DNA of 64,000 nt from Candidatus Xenobia bacterium (GTDB lineage Bacteria; Vulcanimicrobiota; Xenobia; Xenobiales; QWHO01): NCBI GenBank assembly GCA_045863235.1, contig BTUM01000023.1:26428-90427 (forward strand), written 5' to 3'. Made by a program: the position numbers and the translations under genes. Positions 19,741 to 27,246 of this stretch are shown one piece after another; the first letter of the stretch is position 1; every line of letters begins with the position of its first letter. Under the pieces are notes generated by a model. It did no database searches and had not been told where the DNA came from. It worked only from the letters and a program-made list of their open reading frames with translations.

Positions 19741-19863
19741 ATGCACACACACGGAGTTCCACTTCCCTGGCGCGCATCGCCGCGACGCTGGAGGGTCTAT
19801 CTGGCCGGCGCCCTGGTGGCTGCCGGCGGGGCGCTGACGCAGCTCCTTCTCGGCCTCTCCTGA
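19741..19863 (+). CDS. Candidate 40-aa small membrane protein
   Basis: GGAGGA 9 nt before the ATG; MHTHGVPLPWRASPRRWRVYLAGALVAAGGALTQLLLGLS; followed by a palindrome. Confidence 0.4.
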   Translation: MHTHGVPLPWRASPRRWRVYLAGALVAAGGALTQLLLGLS

Positions 19864-19895
19864 CGCAGCAAACCTACGTCGGAGTTTAACATAGC

Positions 19896-19930
19896 TGAGC
19901 CGGAGGCGGCCGCCTCCGGCTCACATTTTT
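19896..19930 (+). terminator. Palindromic hairpin, probable intrinsic terminator
   Basis: TGAGCCGGAGGCGGCCGCCTCCGGCTCA followed by CATTTTT. Confidence 0.55.
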
Positions 19931-20130
19931 CCGCCACCGCTGCTCAAAGCTGCCGCGCGACTGGCTCGCATAGACAAAAATTGCGCTCCCCAACGCAGTC
20001 CTTGAGCTTTCCGGCTGCGCCACGCCGGACTTTCAGCATCCTGCGCTCAACAGATTGTGCAGCAGGCTGATGCCGGTCTTGCATCAGCCTTCTAGGAGCC
20101 TGGCGCGGATGCGGTGAAGATTCTCCCCGG

Positions 20131-21210
20131 ATGTTCTTCGTGATCCCGGTCGGCGATGTGAACCGCTCCGAGCGCACACCCTGGGTGAACCATGCCCTGA
20201 TCATAGCCAACATCGCGGTTTTCGTCTGGATGTACCTGCTGGCCACCGACACCGAGGCGATCATCAAGCAGTATGCCTTCGTGCCCGCCCACCCCGAGGC
20301 CCTGACCTCCATCACCTCGATGTTCATGCACGGGGGGCCGGCCCACCTGATCGGCAACATGCTGTTTCTGTACATCTTCGGAGACAACGTGGAGGAGACG
20401 CTGGGTCATCTCGGGTACCTGGTCTTTTACGTGGTCGGTGGACTGTTTGCCGACTTCGTGCACGCTCACGTCATCTCCGAGTCCATGCGCTCGATTCCCA
20501 CGCTGGGCGCCTCCGGGGCCATCTCGGCCGTCATGGGAGCCTATGTGCTCCTTTTCCCGCGGGCCTCAATCACTTACTGGGGGCTCTTCTTCGTCAAGAC
20601 CTTCACCTTCAGCCTTTCGAGCTGGATCGCCGTGGGCTGGTGGTTCTTGATGCAACTTCTGTCGCACGATAGCACCGGGCTCACCGGGGTCGCCTACGGT
20701 GCCCACATCGGCGGATTCATCTTCGGGGCCAGCGCCGCCGGGCTGCTCTTGATCGCAGGGGTGATCAGCACCAACTGGGTCCACAGCGCCCGCGAGCGAC
20801 GCTCCGAGCCGGTTTCCCACCAGGGCGAGGTGCTCGTCCCCTCGGCCACCCGAGGCGGCTACGTGCGATCGACCGGAGCCTGTCCGGCATGCGCCCGCCC
20901 GTTGCAGCCTCCGGTGGAGGACGAGCGCCCTCCCCTGGATCGCTGCCTGACCTGCGGCGGCATCTGGCTCGACCCCGGCGAAGCGGAGCAGGTCCTGAGC
21001 CTGCAACCCATGCCTGCCCACCTGGCGCGCCCACCGGCTCGCTTCGCCGATGCCGCCAGCATCCCCATCGGCAAGCGAGGCTGTCCACGCTGTCGCACGC
21101 CCCTCGACGTCACCGAGATCCTGGGCGTCTGGATGGAAGCCTGTCCCGGCTGCCGGGGCATCTGGGCCGACCGGTTCAAGCTCGGGGAACTCTCGCAACG
21201 CCTCCGATAA
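20131..21210 (+). CDS. Rhomboid intramembrane serine protease with two C-terminal zinc ribbons
   Basis: SMFMHGG..HLIGNM, GASGAIS, AHIGG; CPAC/CLTC and CPRC/CPGC-xGIWxD ribbons. Confidence 0.92.
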   Translation: MFFVIPVGDVNRSERTPWVNHALIIANIAVFVWMYLLATDTEAIIKQYAFVPAHPEALTSITSMFMHGGPAHLIGNMLFLYIFGDNVEETLGHLGYLVFYVVGGLFADFVHAHVISESMRSIPTLGASGAISAVMGAYVLLFPRASITYWGLFFVKTFTFSLSSWIAVGWWFLMQLLSHDSTGLTGVAYGAHIGGFIFGASAAGLLLIAGVISTNWVHSARERRSEPVSHQGEVLVPSATRGGYVRSTGACPACARPLQPPVEDERPPLDRCLTCGGIWLDPGEAEQVLSLQPMPAHLARPPARFADAASIPIGKRGCPRCRTPLDVTEILGVWMEACPGCRGIWADRFKLGELSQRLR

Positions 21211-21279
21211 AGGAGCCGCCCTTCGGGCGTGGAAAGCCCACCAGGAGCGGGGAAGCGTGAGCAACCCCGTGGAGACTCG

Positions 21280-21729
21280 ATGGACGACCACTCGGAGAGC
21301 CGATATCTTTCGATCTTGGAGGGGGTCATCGAGGAGTTGGGCCAGGTGGAGCGCGATTTTGCCTCGAGCAACAGCGGGATCCGAGCGATCACCGAGCTGA
21401 TCGAGGAGATGTCGGGCGACACGGCTCGCTTCGCGCTCGATGACCCGGTGGTCCAGAAGGGCCACCGCGCGCTTCAACGCGTGGTGCAAAATCTGGAGGG
21501 GCAGCGGAACCGGCTCGGTCGAACCAGGCCGCCCGCCCTCTGGGAAGCCTTTCACGGTCTCTTGCTGCGGTCTTTGGACCTTCAGCATCAGGGCTACCTC
21601 GAGATGGCTCGCCTTTTCGAGGACCGCCAGCTGAGCCACTTGCGTGATGGTCAGCACCTGGTGCGGAAGGGGCTCGGGCTCTTGCAGGCCGGTCGGCGCA
21701 GGGAATCCTCCGCTTCGGTCGGCGGTTGA
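21280..21729 (+). CDS. Hypothetical helical protein
   Basis: GGAG RBS; co-oriented between the rhomboid gene and rlmD. Confidence 0.6.
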   Translation: MDDHSESRYLSILEGVIEELGQVERDFASSNSGIRAITELIEEMSGDTARFALDDPVVQKGHRALQRVVQNLEGQRNRLGRTRPPALWEAFHGLLLRSLDLQHQGYLEMARLFEDRQLSHLRDGQHLVRKGLGLLQAGRRRESSASVGG

Positions 21730-21810
21730 GCCCAGACCCAGGATACCGAATCCGGTAGGCCCCGGAACGGGAATCCGACCTCCTCGCCAGAGGTCAAGAT
21801 AGGTGATGAG

Positions 21811-23223
21811 ATGGCGGAAACTCTAAGGTTAGGCGGTCGCCTGACGCTGCAGGTTCACGACCTGGCAGCCGGAGGCGAGGCGGTGGGACGAGTCGACAAC
21901 TTTGTCGTCTTCGTTCCCTATGGCACGCCCGGCGACGAGCTTGAAGTCGAGATCACCGAACTGCGCAAGAATTTCGCGCGGGCCCGCATCTCCAAGATCC
22001 TCAAGCCATCCATCCGCCGCGTCGAGCCGCCATGCAGCATCTACTTCCAGTGCGGTGGGTGCCAGTTGCAGCACATCGACTACGATTCGCAGCTGCACTT
22101 CAAGACCAAGACTGTCAAGGACTCTCTGCGCCACCTGGCCGGGCTCGGTGAGGTCAAGGTTCATCCCTGCAAGCGGATGGACGACCCCTGGTACTACCGC
22201 AACAAGGTGCAGGCGGTGGTCGCCGCCAAGCCCTTCCTCAAGGGCGAGTTGGAGAAGATGGCCAAGTTCCGCCCTTACATCGGGCTCTACGCGGCCGGCT
22301 CACACCGCGTCGTCAAGATGGACGAGTGCCTGATTCAAGACAAGGTGAACAACAAGGTGCTGCAGGCCACTCGCGAGATTCTCGAGCGGCTGCAATGGCC
22401 AGTCTATGATGAGCGCGATGGATCGGGCCTCATCCGCTACCTGGTGGCGCGCAGCTCGCGCAGCACGGGCGAGGCCATCCTGGTGGTGGTGGCGGCCCAG
22501 CCCCGTCTGCCCCAGGTGCAAGAGTTCCTCAATTTCCTCAAGCGGCGGGTTCCGAAGCTCAGAGGCGTGCTCCTCAACCTCAACCCCCACCAGACCAACG
22601 TCGTGCTCGGCAATCGCACCCAGTTGCTCTGGGGTCAAGACCATCTCGTCGAGGAGGTGCAGGGGCTCAAGTTCCATATCTCGCCCACCTCGTTCTTCCA
22701 GGTCAACACCCAGGGGTTGAGCGTGCTCTACGACGTGCTCGACGACTACGCCGACCTCAAGGGCCGCGAGTCGGTGCTCGACCTGTACTGCGGGGTGGGC
22801 TCGCTGGCCCTGTTCCTGGCCCGGAAAGCCCGCCGGGTGGTGGGAGTGGACGTCTCCCAGCCGGCCATCGAGGACGCGGTGGTCAACTCCGATCTCAACG
22901 AGGTGGTCAACGCCACCTTCCAGGCGGGGCCGGTGGAACGCCTCCTGCCCCAGATGTACCGTGACGGAATGCGCTTTCAGGTGGCCATCGTGGACCCGCC
23001 CCGAAAGGGTTGCGATATCGATACTTTGAAGACTCTGGCCAAGATGCGCATCCCCAAGCTGATTTACGTCTCGTGCAATCCTTCCACGCTGGCCCGCGAC
23101 CTGGGCATCCTGGCCGACCTGGGCTACCGCACGCACGAAATCCAGCCGCTGGACATGTTTCCCCAGACCCATCACGTCGAATGCGTGGCCCGGCTCACCG
23201 AGGTGGGCCTGAAAGGCAAGTAA
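21811..23223 (+). CDS. rlmD: 23S rRNA (uracil-C5)-methyltransferase RlmD/RumA
   Basis: TRAM domain, CGGCQLQH Fe-S motif, SFFQVN, DPPRKG, YVSCNP, DMFPQTHHVE. Confidence 0.96.
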   Translation: MAETLRLGGRLTLQVHDLAAGGEAVGRVDNFVVFVPYGTPGDELEVEITELRKNFARARISKILKPSIRRVEPPCSIYFQCGGCQLQHIDYDSQLHFKTKTVKDSLRHLAGLGEVKVHPCKRMDDPWYYRNKVQAVVAAKPFLKGELEKMAKFRPYIGLYAAGSHRVVKMDECLIQDKVNNKVLQATREILERLQWPVYDERDGSGLIRYLVARSSRSTGEAILVVVAAQPRLPQVQEFLNFLKRRVPKLRGVLLNLNPHQTNVVLGNRTQLLWGQDHLVEEVQGLKFHISPTSFFQVNTQGLSVLYDVLDDYADLKGRESVLDLYCGVGSLALFLARKARRVVGVDVSQPAIEDAVVNSDLNEVVNATFQAGPVERLLPQMYRDGMRFQVAIVDPPRKGCDIDTLKTLAKMRIPKLIYVSCNPSTLARDLGILADLGYRTHEIQPLDMFPQTHHVECVARLTEVGLKGK

Positions 23224-23227
23224 GCTC

Positions 23228-25561
23228 GTGGGGCTCCACCTCTCCGAGGCCAGCGAGCAGCTGGCCAAGAAAGCCGCGCAGCTCTCGCTCGACTGGCGCC
23301 ACTACTACCTCAGCTGCGAGCACTACTTTGCCGCCGCCGTGGCCGTGGACGCCTCCTGCCGCAACTGGCTGGCCTCCAAGGGGCTCGACTCCGCCTCTCT
23401 GGAGAAGGAGATCCTGGAGCTGTTGCCCCTGGGCGACGACAAGGTCCCCAGTTGGAACGGCCAGCAGTCGCCCCGCCTGCGGCGCCTGCTGGGCAAGCCC
23501 GCTCAGGAGGTGGCCGAGAGCTGCCGGGCCATGCGCGTAGAGCCCAAGCACATTGTGGCCGCCATCCTGAGCGATCCCAAGTGCATCCCCTCGCGCATCC
23601 TGGTGGAGCGCGGGATCGACCTGCGCAAAGCGGGGGGCGAGCTGTTGGGTGGCGTGTTCCCTTCGGTCAGCTCGGGGGGCGGCAACGGTGAGCCCGGCGA
23701 GCGCGTCTCCTCCTCGGGCGAGGGCAAGAAGAAAGAGAAAAAGGAGAAGATGCTGGCCAAGTACTCGCGTGACCTGGTGGCCCGGGCGCGCGAGGGAAAG
23801 ATCGACCCCGTGGTGGGGCGAAACGACGAGATCCGCCGCGTGCTCACCATCCTGGCCCGCAAGACCAAGTCCAACCCGGTGCTCACGGGCGAAGCCGGGG
23901 TGGGCAAGACGGCCGTTGTGCTGGGCCTGGCCCAGCGCATCGCCGAGGGCAAGGTGCCCGACCAGCTCAAGGACCGTCGCCTGCTCGAGCTCAACCTCAC
24001 CGCCATGCTCGCGGGCGCCAAGCACCGGGGTGAGTTCGAGGAGCGCCTCCAGGGCGTGATGGAGGAGGTGCTCGAGGATCCGCGCATCGTGCTCTTCATC
24101 GACGAGCTCCACCAGCTGGTGGGAGCGGGCGACTCGCGGGGGGGCATGGATGCCTCCAACATCCTCAAGCCGGCCCTGGCGCGGGGCGACTTTCCGCTGA
24201 TCGGGGCTACCACCACCGACGAGTACCGTAAGTCCATCGAGCTCGATCCGGCCCTGGAGCGGCGTTTCCAGCCGGTGCTCGTGGGCGAGCCCTCGGAAGA
24301 GGACGCCTTCACCATCCTCAAGGGCCTGAGCAAGAATTACGAGAGCCACCACGGGGTCAAGTTCCCCGAGGAGGCCCTGCTGGCGGCCGTCAAGCTGTCG
24401 GTGCGCTTCCTGCCCGACCGCAACCTGCCCGACAAGGCCATCGACCTGATCGACGAGTCGGCCGCCCGCATCAAGAATCGCTCGGGCGTGTTCGAGGGCC
24501 AGGCCGGGCAGGTCAAGTTCGAGGTCACCCCGGACGTGATTGCCGAGGTGGTCTCCGACTGGACCGGCATCCCCGTCAATCGCATGACGGCGGAGGAGTC
24601 CGAGCGCCTGCTGGAGATGGAGACGCTCTTGCAGCAGCGGGTGGTGGGCCAGGATCACGCCTGCCTGGCGGTGGCCCAGACCATCCGGGTGGTGCGCATG
24701 GGCCTGGTCTCGCCCACCCGCCCGGGGGGCGTGTTCTTCTTTCTGGGGCCAAGCGGCGTGGGCAAGACGGAGCTGGCCAAAGGGCTGGCCGAGTTCTTGT
24801 TCGGCAGCGAAAAAGAGATGGTGCGTTTTGACATGTCCGAGTTCCATGACAAGCACTCCATCTCGCGTCTGATCGGCTCGCCCCCGGGCTACGTGGGCCA
24901 CGACGAGGAGGGACAGCTGACCGGGGCGGTGCGCACCAAGCCCTATTCGGTGGTGCTGCTCGACGAGGTGGAAAAGGCCCACCCCGAGGTCTTCGACCTG
25001 TTCTTGCAGGTCTTCGACGACGGCCGCCTGACCGATTCCAAGGGCCGCACCGTCAACTTCACCAACACCATCATCGTCATGACCTCCAATCTGGGCTCGC
25101 GCGACGCCGCCGCGGCCGGCGAGCGGGTGGGCGTGGCAGGCCAGCTCGAGAGCCTGCCGCCCTCTTACCAGAAGGCTCTGCGCGGCCACTTCCGGCCCGA
25201 GTTCCTCAACCGCATCGACGAGATCGTGCTCTTCCGGGCCCTGGAGAAGAGCGACCTGACCAGCATCGTGACCATGCAGCTCGAGTCCTTGAGAAAGCAG
25301 GCCCGCGCCCAGAGCGGGTTGGAGCTCTCCTACACCCCCGAGGCGGTGGAGTTCATCATCGAAAAGGGCTACCAGCCCGAGTTTGGAGCTCGCCCCATCG
25401 CTCGGGCCATCGACCACCACCTCAAGCGCCCGCTGGCCTCGGAGCTGCTGCGGCGCAAGTATCCTCCCTCCACCGAGCTGGAGGTGGTGCGCGACGGCGA
25501 CGAGCTCTCGTTTGTGACCCGGAGCCGCGAGGAGATCGGGGGCACGCTCGGTGCGGATTAA
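23228..25561 (+). CDS. Class I Clp/Hsp100 ATPase (ClpA/ClpC-like)
   Basis: Clp-N repeats; two AAA+ modules (GEAGVGKT, GPSGVGKT); IGSPPGYVG; no ClpB-length middle domain. Confidence 0.93.
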   Translation: MGLHLSEASEQLAKKAAQLSLDWRHYYLSCEHYFAAAVAVDASCRNWLASKGLDSASLEKEILELLPLGDDKVPSWNGQQSPRLRRLLGKPAQEVAESCRAMRVEPKHIVAAILSDPKCIPSRILVERGIDLRKAGGELLGGVFPSVSSGGGNGEPGERVSSSGEGKKKEKKEKMLAKYSRDLVARAREGKIDPVVGRNDEIRRVLTILARKTKSNPVLTGEAGVGKTAVVLGLAQRIAEGKVPDQLKDRRLLELNLTAMLAGAKHRGEFEERLQGVMEEVLEDPRIVLFIDELHQLVGAGDSRGGMDASNILKPALARGDFPLIGATTTDEYRKSIELDPALERRFQPVLVGEPSEEDAFTILKGLSKNYESHHGVKFPEEALLAAVKLSVRFLPDRNLPDKAIDLIDESAARIKNRSGVFEGQAGQVKFEVTPDVIAEVVSDWTGIPVNRMTAEESERLLEMETLLQQRVVGQDHACLAVAQTIRVVRMGLVSPTRPGGVFFFLGPSGVGKTELAKGLAEFLFGSEKEMVRFDMSEFHDKHSISRLIGSPPGYVGHDEEGQLTGAVRTKPYSVVLLDEVEKAHPEVFDLFLQVFDDGRLTDSKGRTVNFTNTIIVMTSNLGSRDAAAAGERVGVAGQLESLPPSYQKALRGHFRPEFLNRIDEIVLFRALEKSDLTSIVTMQLESLRKQARAQSGLELSYTPEAVEFIIEKGYQPEFGARPIARAIDHHLKRPLASELLRRKYPPSTELEVVRDGDELSFVTRSREEIGGTLGAD

Positions 25562-25835
25562 GCTCGAAGTGCTCTCGGGTCCGCTCGACGGGCACGTCTT
25601 CCAGTTCAACCACTCGGTGGAGGTGGGGCGCGAGGCCAAGGTGCAGATCGCCACCGACAACTTCATCTCGCGTCGCCACGCCCTGATCGACCTGCAAGAC
25701 CCGCACGTCTACCTCGAGGACCTGCGCTCCACCAACGGCACCTTCGTGGACGGCGAGCGCTTGAACGGACGCTGCGAGCTGGCTAACGGCAAGGTGTTCA
25801 AGTGCGGCCGCACCTGGCTCGAGATCAGCTGGTAA
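25551..25835 (+). CDS. FHA-domain protein
   Basis: VGR, ISRRHA and DLRSTNGTFV motifs; overlaps the Clp ATPase stop. Confidence 0.92.
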   Translation: MRIKLEVLSGPLDGHVFQFNHSVEVGREAKVQIATDNFISRRHALIDLQDPHVYLEDLRSTNGTFVDGERLNGRCELANGKVFKCGRTWLEISW

Positions 25836-25876
25836 CCTGCAGGGGCGGCGGCCCGATCGGCGAAGGGCCGGCGCCT

Positions 25877-26548
25877 ATGTTGGCAAGATACGCACTTCTC
25901 CTGATGTTTACCGCTCTTCTGGCCCTGCCCGGCCTGTCCGACGACATCTCCGGACCGCTGCGCAAGACTCTCACCGAAGAGTCGTGGGGCTCGATCTACT
26001 ATGTTCCCACCGAGCTGAAAGACTACGATTACTCCCGGAACGTCATGGATGGCACGCGGGTGGTCGAGAGCGCGCTGGGCAAAGTGGTCATCAAGGACGC
26101 CGGCATCGGGAGCTTCGAGATCACTTACCCCGACACTACCCTGACCGTGGACAGCAGCAAGGATGGCGTGCGGGTCAAGTTTCGCAACCAGACCTACGAG
26201 TTTCTCAAATCCGGCCACACCATGACCTTCAAGCTGCCTGACGACGAGATCCGCTACGCCCACACCGAGACCGAGTTCGTCATCAATGGCAAGAAGGGCA
26301 CCACCAAGATCGTCGAGCGAGACGGCAACTACCACATGGAGAGCCCGGTGGGCGTGTTCTCCTACGTGCCCGACCCCGACGGCGGATTCAAGGTGCGCGG
26401 GGCCCCCGCCGTCAAGCACACCTACCTGATGCGCGGAGCCATCTTTCAGGATGCCGGCGTGGGCGTCTTGATCGACTTTCGCAAGTTCGATCCCGAGAGC
26501 CCCATCTTCCGCTTCATGGAGTGGATCCCGATTTTCGAGTATCGCTGA
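25877..26548 (+). CDS. Secreted beta-rich hypothetical protein
   Basis: Signal-peptide-like N-terminus; strong codon bias. Confidence 0.7.
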   Translation: MLARYALLLMFTALLALPGLSDDISGPLRKTLTEESWGSIYYVPTELKDYDYSRNVMDGTRVVESALGKVVIKDAGIGSFEITYPDTTLTVDSSKDGVRVKFRNQTYEFLKSGHTMTFKLPDDEIRYAHTETEFVINGKKGTTKIVERDGNYHMESPVGVFSYVPDPDGGFKVRGAPAVKHTYLMRGAIFQDAGVGVLIDFRKFDPESPIFRFMEWIPIFEYR

Positions 26549-26553
26549 GCATA

Positions 26554-26582
26554 TTGACAGAACGCCACCCGGGCCGTAAGAT
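26554..26582 (+). promoter_or_regulatory. Sigma70-type promoter of the tRNA
   Basis: TTGACA-17 bp-TAAGAT immediately upstream of the tRNA. Confidence 0.7.
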
Positions 26583-26595
26583 CGTGTCCTGTCCT

Positions 26596-26670
26596 GGCGG
26601 GGTAGCTCAGTGGCAGAGCAGGGGACTCATAAGCCCTTGGTCGGCAGTTCAAATCTGCCTCCCGCCACCA
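26596..26670 (+). tRNA. tRNA-Met (CAT), elongator type
   Basis: Full cloverleaf GGCGGGG...TCCCGCC-ACCA; anticodon loop CTCATAA; paired G1-C72 argues against initiator. Confidence 0.93.
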
Positions 26671-26673
26671 CCC

Positions 26674-26703
26674 AAAAGGCCCGTTTGATGCGGGCTTTTT
26701 TTT
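26674..26703 (+). terminator. Intrinsic terminator
   Basis: GCCCG-TTTGATG-CGGGC hairpin followed by a T run. Confidence 0.85.
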
Positions 26704-26745
26704 GTCGGTTCAGAACCTCGGCTCGGGAATGGGGGACGAGAGAAG

Positions 26746-27246
26746 CTAGTTCCAGTCCTCGTCCAACTGGTACCAGTCCGCGTCCAGCGCAGTATAGCGC
26801 ATCTCGTTTCCCTGGTCAGGTGGGGGAGTGCCGTAGCCCGGCGCGTAGATGAAAGAGCGCCGGCCCCAGCCGCCCAGGCTGAACTGCGCTTCCACCAGCT
26901 TTCGGTTGCGGTAGCGGGCGGTGATCCAGAGCACGCTCACCCGGCTCTTGCCCACCGCGGTGGCGATGCGCTCGAAGTCGCGCCGGGCGACCTGGTCGAA
27001 GGGGCGCGCCTTTCCCTGGAACAGACCGCAGGTCGACTCGTGGCTGCTCTGCATGAAGCGCCCGCCCGGGTATTCGAAACACTCGCACCAGTCCTGGTCG
27101 CGGAAGACGGTCACCTGCAGCGTCTCCAGCTCGCTCACCACGGCCCTGAGGCGGGCCGTCTGGGCCAGCGGGTGCTGGAAACGATAGTATTCCGCACCTC
27201 CCCAGGCCATGGCGACGACCAGCAGGACCAGCAGCCGGGGTCTCAC
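26746..27246 (-). CDS. Hypothetical exported protein
   Basis: Hydrophobic N-terminus; GTG start overlaps the upstream stop. Confidence 0.7.
   Translation of the reverse strand: MRPRLLVLLVVAMAWGGAEYYRFQHPLAQTARLRAVVSELETLQVTVFRDQDWCECFEYPGGRFMQSSHESTCGLFQGKARPFDQVARRDFERIATAVGKSRVSVLWITARYRNRKLVEAQFSLGGWGRRSFIYAPGYGTPPPDQGNEMRYTALDADWYQLDEDWN

Noticed and set aside
23228..25835. Type VI secretion ClpV plus Fha
   Set aside because: No other T6SS components nearby, and the FHA protein is a single small domain.
26596..26703. tRNA-Met as a genomic island integration site
   Set aside because: No integrase follows and I saw no duplicated 3' end of this tRNA in the window.
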